DNA of 64,000 nt from an uncultured Chloroflexia bacterium (GTDB lineage Bacteria > Chloroflexota > Limnocylindria > Limnocylindrales > CSP1-4): NCBI GenBank assembly GCA_963748625.1, contig CAVVJT010000010.1:320001-384000 (forward strand), in the 5' to 3' direction. A model generated the notes under the pieces. It was given only the letters and a program-made list of their open reading frames with translations, ran no database searches and was not told where the DNA came from. The position numbers and the translations under genes were made by a program. Each line of letters starts with the position of its first letter. The first letter of the stretch is position 1. Positions 21,409-32,997 of the stretch are shown one piece after another.

Positions 21409-21519
21409 GCCCCACGTGGGGGCCAGAACGGCATGCTCGCGTGCGTGGCCGGGTACGGAACCCGCGGTTCGTGACGCAGCCCGTGCGTGAGCCGCGCGGA
21501 TTCGCCCCCCACGTGGGCC
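21409..21519. repeat. 111-bp two-box element, copy A
   Basis: GCCCCACGTGGGGGCC ... GCCCCCCACGTGGGCC, box centres 95 bp apart. Confidence 0.8.
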
Positions 21520-21650
21520 GGCGCGACGGTGGGCGGACCGAGCGACCCTCCGGGCGACCGGGCCGGACGCGACGGTGGGCGGACCGCGCGACCCTCGGCC
21601 GGGCGACCCTCCGGGTAACCGGGCCGGGCGCGACGGTGGGCAACCCGGGG
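21520..21650. repeat. Degenerate tandem repeats abutting element A
   Basis: cgcgacggtgggc x3 and gcgaccctc x3. Confidence 0.7.
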
Positions 21651-21673
21651 CACCGGCGGCGTAGGATGCCCCG

Positions 21674-22615
21674 ATGAAGATCGGCATCGTCCTCCCCCAG
21701 GGGAGCTCCGACGGGCCGGGCGCGATCGCCTGGACCCGCATCCGCGACATCGCCCGCCACGCTGAGGCGGTGGGCCTCGACAGCGTCTGGGCGTACGACC
21801 ACCTCATCTTCCGCCTGCCCGACGAACAGGGCGTGGTGGCCGAGGACGGCATCCACGAGGCGTGGACGGTGCTCACGGCGGTCGCGGCGAGCACCGAGCG
21901 GATCGAGCTGGGGACGATCGTGCTGGGGACCGGCTTCCGGCCGCCGGCGCTCACCGCGAAGATGGCGGCCACGCTGGACGAGGTCGCCGGCGGCAGGCTC
22001 ACGCTGGGTCTGGGCACCGGCTGGCACGAACCCGAGTACCGCGCCTTCGGCTACCCCTTCGACCACCGCGCCGCCCGGTTCGACGAGGCACTCCGGATCA
22101 TCGTCCCGCTCCTGCGCGGCGAGCGTGTCACGTTCGCGGGCACCTATCACGACGTCGACGACGCCGTGCTGATCCCGGCCCCGCCGCGCCCCACCCGGAT
22201 CCCGGGGTCCGCCGCGATGCCGGGCCGCCTCCCGATCCTCATCGCCGCGAAGGGCGAGCGTGTCCTGCGCCTCACCGCCCGCTGGGCCGACGCCTGGAAC
22301 ACCGCCTGGTTCGGCCTGCCGGACGAGCGGTTCGCCGAGCGCGCCCGCGACCTCCGTGCCGCCTGCGAGGCCGAGGGCCGCGATCCGGCCACGCTCGAGG
22401 TGACGGTTGGGGTGACGGTGGCCGCCGGCGCCACGACGATCGAGCAGGGGGGCCAGGCCGCGCTGCCGGGCAGGAGCGTCGCCGAGGTCGCGCGCGGCTT
22501 CGACGCCTGGGCGGCCCTCGGCGTGGGTCACCTCCAGGTGAATCTCACGTCCGTTGACGAGCGCGCGATCGACGACCTCGCGGCGGCCCGCCGCCTCCAC
22601 CTCGGGGAGCAGTGA
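21674..22615 (+). CDS. LLM-class flavin/F420-dependent oxidoreductase
   Basis: DSVWAYDH, EAWTVL, AKMAATLDEVAGGRLTLGLGTGW. Confidence 0.92.
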   Translation: MKIGIVLPQGSSDGPGAIAWTRIRDIARHAEAVGLDSVWAYDHLIFRLPDEQGVVAEDGIHEAWTVLTAVAASTERIELGTIVLGTGFRPPALTAKMAATLDEVAGGRLTLGLGTGWHEPEYRAFGYPFDHRAARFDEALRIIVPLLRGERVTFAGTYHDVDDAVLIPAPPRPTRIPGSAAMPGRLPILIAAKGERVLRLTARWADAWNTAWFGLPDERFAERARDLRAACEAEGRDPATLEVTVGVTVAAGATTIEQGGQAALPGRSVAEVARGFDAWAALGVGHLQVNLTSVDERAIDDLAAARRLHLGEQ

Positions 22616-23436
22616 TCATGGACCTGGAACGGGCTCCGGACCACGACGGGTCGCCCGTCGACGCCGAGGTCCTACCCGAGCACGTGGCCGCCAACCGGGC
22701 CGCCTGGGACACCTACGCGCCCGACTACATCGCTGCCGGCGAGCGGGAATGGGCCCGCCTGCCCGGCGAGGAGACCTGGGGCATCTTCGGCATCCCGGAG
22801 GCGGAGATCGGCATGCTCCCCAACGACCTCGCGGGCCTCGACGCGATCGAGCTCGGCTGCGGGACGGCGTACGTGTCCGCATGGCTGGCCAGGCGCGGCG
22901 CCCGGCCCGTGGGCATCGACAACTCGCCCAGGCAGCTCGAGACGGCGGCCAGGCTCCAGCGCGAGCACGGCCTCGAGTTCCCGCTGCACCTGGGCAACGC
23001 CGAGCGGGTCCCCTACCCCGACGCCTCCTTCGACTTCGCCATCAGCGAGTACGGCGCGGTGCTCTGGGCCGACCCGTACGCATGGGTTCCCGAGGCCGCG
23101 CGGCTCCTGCGGCCCGGCGGACGCCTCCACGTGCTCACGAACGGGCTGCTGGTGCGGCTGACCGCGCCGATGGACGCCGAGGCGCCGGTGGGCGAGACCC
23201 TCCTGCGGCCGCTGTTCGGGATGCACCGGATCCAGTGGGACGGCGAGACGTCGTACGAGTTCCACCTCTCGCACGGCGAGTGGATCCGGCTGTTCCGCGA
23301 GCACGGATTCGAGATCGAGGCGCTCCTGGAGCCCCAGGTGCCGGCGGACGCCACGAGCACCTACGCGTACGTGCCCCACGCGTGGGCGCGGCAGTGGCCG
23401 TGCGAGGAGATCTGGAAGGTGCGCAAGCGCCCCTGA
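22612..23436 (+). CDS. Class I SAM-dependent methyltransferase
   Basis: IELGCGTAY, GIDNS, SFDFAISEYGA, LLRPGGRL. Confidence 0.92.
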   Translation: MIMDLERAPDHDGSPVDAEVLPEHVAANRAAWDTYAPDYIAAGEREWARLPGEETWGIFGIPEAEIGMLPNDLAGLDAIELGCGTAYVSAWLARRGARPVGIDNSPRQLETAARLQREHGLEFPLHLGNAERVPYPDASFDFAISEYGAVLWADPYAWVPEAARLLRPGGRLHVLTNGLLVRLTAPMDAEAPVGETLLRPLFGMHRIQWDGETSYEFHLSHGEWIRLFREHGFEIEALLEPQVPADATSTYAYVPHAWARQWPCEEIWKVRKRP

Positions 23437-23539
23437 TCGCGATTGCCGTCCGTCGTCGCGGTCGTGCCGTTCGGCCCTGCGGACCATGCATCGGAAAGGG
23501 CACCATGCGCACGAGCAACCCACCCCCAAGGAGGCCCGG

Positions 23540-24548
<1,009 letters not shown>

Positions 24549-24562
<14 letters not shown>

Positions 24563-25766
24563 CGGCGTGAGCTCCTCGTTGCGGGTCGCGCTCCTCGTCG
24601 CGGCGAAGGATCTCCGCCAGCGGCTGCGCGACCGCACCGCGATCCTCGTGGCGGTGGTCGCCCCGCTGGGCCTTGCGTTCATCTTCAGCCAGCTGCTGGG
24701 CGGCGCGGTGGACTTCCACGCGACCTACGTGGTGGCCGACGTGGATGGCGGCGAGCTTGGCCGCGTGCTGCGCGAGGACGTGATCGGCTCGCTCGAGGAC
24801 GCCGGCGTCGCCGACATCACCGTGGTCGCCACGGAGGAGGCGGCGCGGGCCGCCGTCGCGGATGGGGCCGCTGATGCCGCATTCATCATCCCGGCCGGGC
24901 TCACGATGGCGATCCAGGCGGGACAGGCCTCCACCGTCGAGGTGGTGGGCGCGAAGGACGCGTCCCTTGCCACCGAGGTCGCGCGGTCCGTTGCCCAGCG
25001 CTTCGCCGACGCCGTCGGGGCCGTCCAGCTCTCGATGGCGACCGTTCGCGATCTCGACGCGCCCCTGGCCCCGGCTCCGGATCGAATGGCCCAGGTGGCC
25101 GCCGCGGCCCAGGCATCCGTGGAGCCGGTGGTGCTCGTGGACCTCCAGGCGAACCTGCGCCAGCTTTCGATGCCGTCCTACTTCGCGGCCTCGATGGCGA
25201 TCCTGTTCCTCTTCTTCTCGGCGCAGGTGGGGTTCGTGAGCCTCTTCGAGGAGCGGCGCAACGGGACGCTCGCGCGGATCCTGGCCGGCCCGATCGCGCC
25301 CAACGCGGTGCTGCTGGGCAAGACGCTCGGCTCCTTCGTCCTGACGCTGGTGTCGCTGCTGATCCTGGTCATCGTCACGACCCTCACCATCAAGGCAGAC
25401 TGGGGGCCGGCGCCGGGGGTCGCGCTCATGATCGTCGCGGTCATCGTGGCCGCCATCGGGATCACGGCCCTGGTCACATCGTTCACCCGCTCCGCGGAGG
25501 CCGCTGGCGCCGCCAACTCCGCGGTCGCCATCACGCTGGGCGTCCTGGGCGGGACGTTCTCCCCCACCGCGCAGGCGCCGGAGGTCCTCGACACGGTGTC
25601 CCTGCTGACGCCCCACGGCTGGTTCCTGCGCGGCCTCGCGGACATGCACGGGGCGTCCGCCTCCTGGACCGACGCGCTGCCCGCGGTCGGCGTGCTGCTG
25701 GGCGTGGGCCTGGTCACCGGCGCCATCGGGTTCGCCCGGGCGCGCAGCCTGGTGAGCGCCCGATGA
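24549..25766 (+). CDS. ABC-2 exporter permease
   Basis: KDLRQRLRDR, EERRNGTLARI, multi-TM C-terminus. Confidence 0.9.
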
Positions 25767-25785
25767 GCGGCGCGGTGGCCACCCG

Positions 25786-26961
25786 ATGAGCGGCGCGGTG
25801 AAGGCCCTCGACCTCGCGCGCATCAACCTGCTGCGCCAGGTCCGCGATCGTGCCGACCTGTTCTTCGTCTTCGTCCTGCCCACGATCATCATCGTGGCGC
25901 TGGGCCTGCAGTTCGGCGGAACCACGCGGGCGCGCCTGGGCGTGGTCGTCCCGCCCGGTGACACCGCCGCCGCAGCGCTCGTGGAGGTCCTGGCCACGGA
26001 CGGGGCGCGATTCGCCATCCGCGAGGTCGCCGACGAGGCGGCGCTCGCCTCCCAGGTGGAGCGCGGCCAGCTGGAAGCGGGCCTCATCATCCCGGCCGGG
26101 TTCGAGGCGGCACTCGCGGGTGAGGCGCCCGTGGAGATCCGCTACGTCGGCACCAGCGGCGGTCTCACACAGGGGTTGCGGGCACCGGTCGAGGCAGCGG
26201 TCGCCCGGCTCGCGGCGGCCACGACGGCCGCGCGGGTGGCGGTGAGCCTCGACGCTGGGACCTGGGACGAGGCGCAGGCCGCGGCCGCGGCCAACCTTGG
26301 CTCCGTGCCGGGCGTGGAGGTCAAGGTCGCCCAGGTGGGCGAGGAGGGCATGTTCGCGGGCTTCAGCCAGTTCACGTTCGGTGCCTCCACGCAGCTGGTC
26401 CTGTTCATGTTCCTGACCTCGATGACCGCGGCCGGCCGACTGGTGCATACCCGCCAGATCGGCGTGTCACGGCGGATGCTGTCCACGCCCACCAGCGCCT
26501 GGACGATCGTCACCGGGGAAGCGCTCGGGCGGTTCGGCGTGGCCATGCTCCAGGCCGGCTACATCGTGGCCGTCACAGCGATCGTGTTCGGCGTGTCCTG
26601 GGGCAACCCGGTGACCGCCGGCGTGCTGATCGTGCTGTTCGGGGTCGTGGCGGCGGGCGTCGCGATGCTCGTGGGGGCCATGTCGAGGAACCCGGACCAG
26701 GCGTCGTCGGTGGGCGTGTTCATCGGTCTCGCCCTGGGCGCGCTGGGCGGCTGCATGATCCCGATCCAGATCATGCCGGACGTGATGCAGTCGATCGCGA
26801 AGGTGATCCCCCACTCCTGGGCGCTGCTGGGCCTGCAGGAGACGATCAAGACCGGTGGCGGGCTCGACACCGTGCTCCTGAACGTCGCGGTGCTCGCGGT
26901 CTACGGCGCGGTCCTGATGGGCCTCGCCGCATGGCGGTTCCGCAAGGCGATCGCCGGCTGA
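25786..26961 (+). CDS. ABC-2 exporter permease
   Basis: RDRADLFFVFVLP, LGGCMIP, multi-TM. Confidence 0.9.
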   Translation: MSGAVKALDLARINLLRQVRDRADLFFVFVLPTIIIVALGLQFGGTTRARLGVVVPPGDTAAAALVEVLATDGARFAIREVADEAALASQVERGQLEAGLIIPAGFEAALAGEAPVEIRYVGTSGGLTQGLRAPVEAAVARLAAATTAARVAVSLDAGTWDEAQAAAAANLGSVPGVEVKVAQVGEEGMFAGFSQFTFGASTQLVLFMFLTSMTAAGRLVHTRQIGVSRRMLSTPTSAWTIVTGEALGRFGVAMLQAGYIVAVTAIVFGVSWGNPVTAGVLIVLFGVVAAGVAMLVGAMSRNPDQASSVGVFIGLALGALGGCMIPIQIMPDVMQSIAKVIPHSWALLGLQETIKTGGGLDTVLLNVAVLAVYGAVLMGLAAWRFRKAIAG

Positions 26962-27007
26962 GGTCGGCTCCTCGGCTGAGGTCGGCTCCTCGGCTGAGGT
27001 CGGCTCC
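26958..27007. repeat. 18-bp tandem repeat starting at the stop codon
   Basis: ctgaggtcggctcctcgg ~2.7 copies. Confidence 0.8.
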
Positions 27008-27027
27008 CGGCCTTGACTGACGCCGTC

Positions 27028-27138
27028 GCCCCACGTGGGGGCCAGAATCAGCAGTCGCGAGCGTGGTCTGCGCGCCAAACCTCGACATTCGCCCGCGGCG
27101 CACGCTCAGCAGGGCCTGAAACGCCCCACAGGTGGGCC
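27028..27138. repeat. 111-bp two-box element, copy B
   Basis: GCCCCACGTGGGGGCC ... GCCCCACAGGTGGGCC, centres 95 bp apart. Confidence 0.8.
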
Positions 27139-27370
27139 GGACCGCACGGTGGACCGAGGCCGCACGGCTGGACCGAGGGCCACACGGCGGAAGACCGCGG
27201 CCGCACGGATGGACCGAGGGCCGCACGGCTGGACCGCGGCCGCCCCCTACGGGCCGGACCGCACGGTGGGGCCGGACTCGGCCGCCCCCTGTGGGCCGGA
27301 CTCGGCCGCACGGCTGGGCCGGACTGCACGGTGGGGCCGCGGCCTGCGCGGACGACCGCGGCTGGACGGC
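27130..27370. repeat. Degenerate minisatellite abutting element B
   Basis: Many ccgcacgg / ggacc / gggccggac units. Confidence 0.75.
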
Positions 27371-27392
27371 ACCCGGAACGTCGGACCGCCGC

Positions 27393-27430
27393 TTGCACAT
27401 CCTTCACGCCGCCTATATTCTTCACGCTGC
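27393..27430 (+). promoter_or_regulatory. Sigma70 promoter with direct repeats (possible MarR operator)
   Basis: TTGCAC-N17-TATTCT; CTTCACGC repeated on either side of the -10. Confidence 0.5.
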
Positions 27431-27431
27431 A

Positions 27432-27986
27432 TTGACCTTCTATCTGCCACGAAGTGAAGAGGATCCAGCCACGGATCGCGCGACCCTCCTGGACGAGCTC
27501 ATGGCCGAGCTCCCCTCCCCCAGCCCCGCCCAGGCCATGCGCTACTTGCGCCACTGGCCCGGCGGGCGCATCTCCCTCATCCACATCAACGTGATCAGCG
27601 TGCTCGAGGCGGACGGCCCGCAGCCGATGCGCGCCCTGGCCGAAGCGCTCGACGTGAGCCAGGCGAGCGCCACCGGGATCGTGGACCGCATGGAGCAGCG
27701 CGGCCTCGTGGAGCGGCAGCGCGACGAGGAGGACCGCCGGATCGTCCGGGTCGTCCTCACCGACGAGGGCCGCAAGCTGGTCGAGGGCGTGGCCCGGGAG
27801 CGCCAGGACCACATGCGCATCCTGCTCGACGACCTCACCGATGCCGAGTTGCAGGCCTTCCTGGTCGGCTCGCGCGCGATGCGCCGTGCCCGGGAACGCA
27901 TGCACGAACGCCTCCACGAACGGCTCCCGGAACGCCTCGCCACCTGCGCCCCCAGAGACCCCGACACCCAGGAGACCCCGCGATGA
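27432..27986 (+). CDS. MarR family transcriptional regulator (start uncertain)
   Basis: LAEALDVSQASATGIVDRMEQRGLVER..DRRIVRVVLTDEG. Confidence 0.9.
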   Translation: MTFYLPRSEEDPATDRATLLDELMAELPSPSPAQAMRYLRHWPGGRISLIHINVISVLEADGPQPMRALAEALDVSQASATGIVDRMEQRGLVERQRDEEDRRIVRVVLTDEGRKLVEGVARERQDHMRILLDDLTDAELQAFLVGSRAMRRARERMHERLHERLPERLATCAPRDPDTQETPR

Positions 27987-29710
27987 TCCCCATCCTGCGG
28001 CAGTACCTGCGGCCGTACAGCGCCCCCATCGCCCTCGTGCTGGTGCTGCTCCTGGTCCAGGCCATCGCCAACCTGTACCTGCCCGAGCTCAACGCCGAGA
28101 TCATCAACAACGGTGTGGTGCCCGGCGACATCGACTTCATCATCAGCACCGGCGCCCTCATGCTGGGCGTGACCTTCCTGCTGATGCTGGCCGCGTTCGT
28201 GGCCGTGTTCTTCTCGGCCAAGATCGCGATGGGCTTCGGGCGCGACGTGCGCTCGGCCATCTTCCGCAAGGTGGAGACGTTCAGCCAGGTGGAGCTCAAC
28301 CACTTCGGCGCGGCCAGCCTGATCACCCGCAACACCAACGACGTCCAGCAGGTGCAGCAGGTGGTGCTGCTCGCGCTCACGATGATGATCAGCGCCCCGA
28401 TCCTCGCCATCGGCGGCGTGATCATGGCCTACCGCCAGGACGGCCCGCTGACCGCGATCCTCCTCGTGATCCTGCCGATCATGGCCCTGCTCATCGGCGT
28501 CGTCATGAAGCGCGCGATCCCGCTGTTCCAGGCGATGCAGGTCAAGATCGACCGCATCAACCTGGTGATGCGCGAGACGCTCACGGGCGTGCGCGTGATC
28601 CGCGCCTTCGTGCGCACCGAGCACGAGGAGGCCCGGTTCGACGAGGCCAGCCGCGACCTGATGGACGTGGGCCTGCGTGTCAACCGCCTGTTCGCGATCA
28701 CGATGCCCGCGCTCATGCTGATCATGAACCTGTCCACCGTGGCCGTCCTCTGGCTCGGCGCCTACCGCGTGGACAGCGGCGCCATGCCCATCGGCAACCT
28801 GACCGCCTTCATCCAGTACATCACCCAGATCCTGTTCGCGATCATGATGGCGGTGGTCATGTTCGTCATGGTCCCGCGGGCGGCGGTGTCGGGGAACCGG
28901 ATCGCCGAGGTGCTCGACACGGAACCCTCCATCTGGGACCCGCCCACGCCCATCTCGCCGGCCCGCACCGGCCAGGTCGAGTTCCGTGACGTCGAGTTCC
29001 GCTATCCGGGCGCAGAGGAGGCGGTCCTGCGGGGCATCAGCTTCCGGGCCAACCCGGGCGAGGTCACCGCGATCGTCGGCTCCACGGGCTCCGGCAAGAG
29101 CACGCTCATCAACCTGCTGCCGCGCTTCTACGACGCGACCTCGGGCGACGTGCTCATCGACGGCGTGGACGTGCGCACGCTCGACCGCCAGGACCTCTGG
29201 AAGCGGATCGGCATGATCCCCCAGAAGGCCTACCTGTTCGGCGGCACGGTGGCCAGCAACCTGCGCTACGGCGACCAGGACGCGACCGACGCCGACCTGT
29301 GGCGCGCGCTGGACATCGCCCAGGGCAAGGAGTTCGTGACCGAGCTCGCCGAACAGCTCGAGGCACCCATCAGCCAGGGCGGCACCAACGTGTCGGGCGG
29401 CCAGCGCCAGCGCCTGGCGATTGCGAGGGCCCTCGCGAAGAACCCCGACATCTACGTCTTCGACGACAGCTTCAGTGCGCTCGACTTCCGCACGGACGCC
29501 AGGCTGCGCGCGGCCCTGTCGCGGGAGCTCTCCAATGCGACCGTGATCATCGTCGCCCAGCGTGTGGGCACCATCCTCCACGCCGACCGGATCGTGGTGC
29601 TCGAGGACGGGGCGATCGCCGGCATCGGCACGCACGAGGAGCTCATGGGAAGTTGCGAGACCTACCGCGAGATCGTGCTGTCCCAGGTCACCGAGGAGGA
29701 GGTCGCATGA
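27983..29710 (+). CDS. Heterodimeric ABC exporter subunit (TMD+NBD)
   Basis: SLITRNTNDV, GSTGSGKST, VSGGQRQRL, degenerate FDDSFSALD. Confidence 0.95.
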   Translation: MIPILRQYLRPYSAPIALVLVLLLVQAIANLYLPELNAEIINNGVVPGDIDFIISTGALMLGVTFLLMLAAFVAVFFSAKIAMGFGRDVRSAIFRKVETFSQVELNHFGAASLITRNTNDVQQVQQVVLLALTMMISAPILAIGGVIMAYRQDGPLTAILLVILPIMALLIGVVMKRAIPLFQAMQVKIDRINLVMRETLTGVRVIRAFVRTEHEEARFDEASRDLMDVGLRVNRLFAITMPALMLIMNLSTVAVLWLGAYRVDSGAMPIGNLTAFIQYITQILFAIMMAVVMFVMVPRAAVSGNRIAEVLDTEPSIWDPPTPISPARTGQVEFRDVEFRYPGAEEAVLRGISFRANPGEVTAIVGSTGSGKSTLINLLPRFYDATSGDVLIDGVDVRTLDRQDLWKRIGMIPQKAYLFGGTVASNLRYGDQDATDADLWRALDIAQGKEFVTELAEQLEAPISQGGTNVSGGQRQRLAIARALAKNPDIYVFDDSFSALDFRTDARLRAALSRELSNATVIIVAQRVGTILHADRIVVLEDGAIAGIGTHEELMGSCETYREIVLSQVTEEEVA

Positions 29711-31701
29711 GCGGCTCGAGGCAGCGCCCCGGCGGCCCCGGACGACCTGGTGGTCCGGGCGGCCCCGGCGGGGGTCCGGGCGGCCACATGTCGATGCTCG
29801 GCTCCACCGCCAAGGCGGCCAGCTTCGGGCCGTCCTTCCGGCGCCTCATGGGCGAGCTGCGCCCGGAGCGCGCCTGGGTGATCGGCGTCTTCGTGCTCGC
29901 GGTCGTGAGCGTCGTGCTCGCGATCCTGGGCCCCAAGATCCTGGCCAGCGCCACCAACGTCATCTTCGCGGGTGCCGTCGGCTCCCAGCTCCCGGCCGGG
30001 GTGTCCGTCGACCAGGTGGTCGCCGGCATGGAGGCCACGGGCCAGGGCGACCAGGCCGCGATGATCGCCAACATGCCCTACCTCGTCCCGGGCCAGGGCA
30101 TCGACTTCACGCTGCTCGCCCAGTTCCTCGTGGCGGCGTCGCTCGTGTACATCGCGAGCTCGCTGTTCAGCTGGGCGCAGAGCTACATCATGGCCGGCGT
30201 CACCCAGCGGACCGTCTACCGCCTGCGCGAGCGGGTCGACCAGAAGCTGGGCCGGCTGCCGCTGGCCTACTACGACCGGGAGTCCCGCGGTGACATCCTG
30301 TCGCGCGTCACCAATGACATCGACAACATCAGCCAGACGCTCCAGCAGAGCCTCACCCAGCTGATCACGTCGCTGCTCACGGTGGTCGGCGTGCTGATCA
30401 TGATGGTCACCATCAGCCCGCTGCTCGCCTTCTTCTCGGTGCTGGTCGTGCCCGCGTCGATGGTGGTCGCCATCGTGATCGCGAAGCGCAGCCAGGTGCA
30501 GTTCGCTGCCCAGTGGGAGCGGACCGGGTCGCTCAACGGCCACATCGAGGAGATGCACACCGGGCACTCGATCGTGAAGCTGTTCGGGCGCCAGGACGAG
30601 GCGATCGCCGAGTTCGACCGGCGCAACGAGGAGCTCTACCAGGCGAGCTACAAGGCGCAATTCCTGTCGGGCCTCATCCAGCCCGCGATGACGTTCATCT
30701 CCAACCTCAACTACGTCGCGATCGCGGTGATCGGCGGCATCCAGGTGGCGAACGGCCAGATGAGCCTCGGCGACGTCCAGGCGTTCATCCAGTACAGCCG
30801 CCAGTTCACGTTCCCCATCATCCAGGTGGCCTCGATCGCCAACGTGCTGCAGTCCGCGGTGGCGTCGGCCGAGCGGGTGTTCGAGCTGCTCGACGAGGCC
30901 GAGGAGATCCCGGACCCGGTGTCCCCGGCCGTGCTGGTGGAGCCGGTCGTGGGCCGCGTCACCTTCGAGGACATCTCGTTCCGCTACCTGCCGGACAAGC
31001 CGCTCATCGACAACGTGTCGCTGGCGGTCGAGCCGGGGCAGACCGTGGCGATCGTCGGCCCGACGGGCGCCGGCAAGACCACGCTCGTGAACCTGCTGAT
31101 GCGCTTCTACGATGTCCAGGGCGGCCGGATCACGGTCGACGGGATCGAGACGCGCGAGCTGACGCGGGACAACCTGCGCACGACCTTCGGGATGGTCCTC
31201 CAGGACGCGTGGCTGTTCAAGGGCACCATCCGCGAGAACATCCTCTACGGCGCCGACGCCGGGTCCGTCTCCGAGGAGGCGTTCCAGGCGGCAGCCGAGG
31301 CGGCCCACGTGAACCACTTCGTGCGCACGCTCGAGCACGGGTACGACACGGTCCTCGACGACGACGCGACCAACGTGTCGGCCGGCGAGAAGCAGCTGCT
31401 CACGATCGCCCGGGCGTTCCTCGCCGACCCGCCGATCCTCATCCTCGATGAGGCGACCTCGTCGGTGGACACCCGGACCGAGGTGCTGATCCAGCGCGCC
31501 ATGGCGAAGCTCATGGTGGGACGGACGTCGTTCGTGATCGCCCACCGGCTGTCCACGATCCGTGACGCGGACATCATCCTGGTGATGAACGAGGGCCGGA
31601 TCGTGGAGCAGGGCACGCATGCGGAGCTGCTGGCGCAGCGCGGGTTCTACCACGAGCTGTACGCGAGCCAGTTCGAGGAGGCGCTGGACGAGGTCGCCTA
31701 G
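29707..31701 (+). CDS. Heterodimeric ABC exporter subunit (TMD+NBD)
   Basis: GDILSRVTNDIDN, GPTGAGKTT, SAGEKQLL, LDEATSSVD. Confidence 0.95.
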   Translation: MSGSRQRPGGPGRPGGPGGPGGGPGGHMSMLGSTAKAASFGPSFRRLMGELRPERAWVIGVFVLAVVSVVLAILGPKILASATNVIFAGAVGSQLPAGVSVDQVVAGMEATGQGDQAAMIANMPYLVPGQGIDFTLLAQFLVAASLVYIASSLFSWAQSYIMAGVTQRTVYRLRERVDQKLGRLPLAYYDRESRGDILSRVTNDIDNISQTLQQSLTQLITSLLTVVGVLIMMVTISPLLAFFSVLVVPASMVVAIVIAKRSQVQFAAQWERTGSLNGHIEEMHTGHSIVKLFGRQDEAIAEFDRRNEELYQASYKAQFLSGLIQPAMTFISNLNYVAIAVIGGIQVANGQMSLGDVQAFIQYSRQFTFPIIQVASIANVLQSAVASAERVFELLDEAEEIPDPVSPAVLVEPVVGRVTFEDISFRYLPDKPLIDNVSLAVEPGQTVAIVGPTGAGKTTLVNLLMRFYDVQGGRITVDGIETRELTRDNLRTTFGMVLQDAWLFKGTIRENILYGADAGSVSEEAFQAAAEAAHVNHFVRTLEHGYDTVLDDDATNVSAGEKQLLTIARAFLADPPILILDEATSSVDTRTEVLIQRAMAKLMVGRTSFVIAHRLSTIRDADIILVMNEGRIVEQGTHAELLAQRGFYHELYASQFEEALDEVA

Positions 31702-31737
31702 TCCGGGTCGGCTGGCGCCGGCGGCCATGCCCGGATC

Positions 31738-31807
31738 GGCCGGTGCCGTGCGGCCGGTGCCGTGCGGCCGGTGCCGTGCGGCCGGTGCCGTGCGGCCGGT
31801 GCCGTGC
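31738..31807. repeat. 14-bp perfect tandem repeat x5 ending inside box 1 of element E3
   Basis: ggccggtgccgtgc x5. Confidence 0.9.
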
Positions 31808-31962
31808 ACGCGAGGCAATAGATCGGACTCCGCCTGCGCTCGCCTTTCGCGGTGGGCAACAGCACAGCGTCCATTGGTTCCTGGCGGGCCCGATCGCGCC
31901 GTCGGTGTTTCTTGCGGGCAACGGCAGGACACCACGTCCCCAAGGTATTGCTTCGGGTGCAC
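31804..31962. repeat. 160-bp four-box element, solitary copy E3 (159 bp)
   Basis: Boxes start at 31804, 31845, 31908, 31948; GCAATA...TATTGC as in E2. Confidence 0.75.
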
Positions 31963-32047
31963 GCCGCGCTGACGCACGGAGCGGCACCGTCGAAACGGGC
32001 GCTGCGGCTCTCGCCACCTGGCACGGGGAACGACCACGATCGCGTCC

Positions 32048-32997
32048 ATGGCACACGCAGCCATCGCGGCCACGCACCTCTCGAAGTCGTACGGCCGTCG
32101 CCTCGGCATCGAGGATGTCTCCTTCGAGGTCACCGAGGGTGAGGCGTTCGGCTTCCTGGGCCCCAACGGCGCCGGCAAGACGACCACGATCCGGCTCCTC
32201 ATGGGCCTGTTGCGGCCGACCTCCGGCAGGCGGCACATCCGCGGCCGAGACACCTTCAGAAAGCGGCCGCCATCCACCACGACGTCGCCTATCTCGGCTC
32301 CGACCCGGGCTTCCTCGGCGAGTTGACCGGTGCGCAGCAGCTCACCTATCTCGCGGACCTGCGCGGCCTGCCGAAGCGCGCCTGGCAGCCGATGGCCGAG
32401 CGTCTTGAGCTCGACCCCGCCGTCCGGATCCACCGCCTGTCCCGCGGCAACCGCCAGAAGATTGGCGTCGTGGCGGCCTTCATGGGCCACGAGCCGATCA
32501 TCGTCCTCGACGAGCCGACCTCCGGCCTCGATCCCCTCCTCCAGCGCGTGTTCCTCGCCCTCCTCGCGGAGGTCCGGGCGGAGGGCCGCACCGTCTTCCT
32601 CTCATCGCACAACCTCGTCGAGGTCGAGCGGTCCTGCGATCGGGTCGCCATGATCCGCGAGGGGCGCCTGGCCGAGGTCCGCAGCGTCGGCCAGCTCCTG
32701 GGTGCCCACTGGCGCTCGATCAACCTCGTGCTCGAGGAGCCGGCGGCACCGGACGCGTTCGACCTGCCCGATGTCGAGGTGGCTGCGATGACCGGTCGCG
32801 AGGTCCACCTCATGGTCCGCGGCGACATCAACCCGCTCCTCGCCAGGATCAGCGCCCACCGCGTCCTGGACATCGCGATCACGACTCCCGACGTCGAGGA
32901 CATCTTCCTGCGCCACTACCGCGACGACGCAGGTGGGCCGGCCGACGATGCGGCCGACCACCCGGCAAACCCCGAGGACGAGGAGGTGCCGGCATGA
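32048..32997 (+). CDS. ABC ATP-binding protein, frameshift ~32270
   Basis: GPNGAGKTT in the first frame; LSRGNRQK and LDEPTSGLDP in the second. Confidence 0.88.

Noticed and set aside
26958-27370. CRISPR-like array
   Set aside because: Units are short, degenerate and contiguous with no unique spacers; no cas genes in the window.
29662-32490. 942-aa antisense ORF and similar long overlapping ORFs (e.g. 40574-43270, 20522-22600)
   Set aside because: Shadow ORFs expected from high GC3, opposite well-supported genes; no family motifs.
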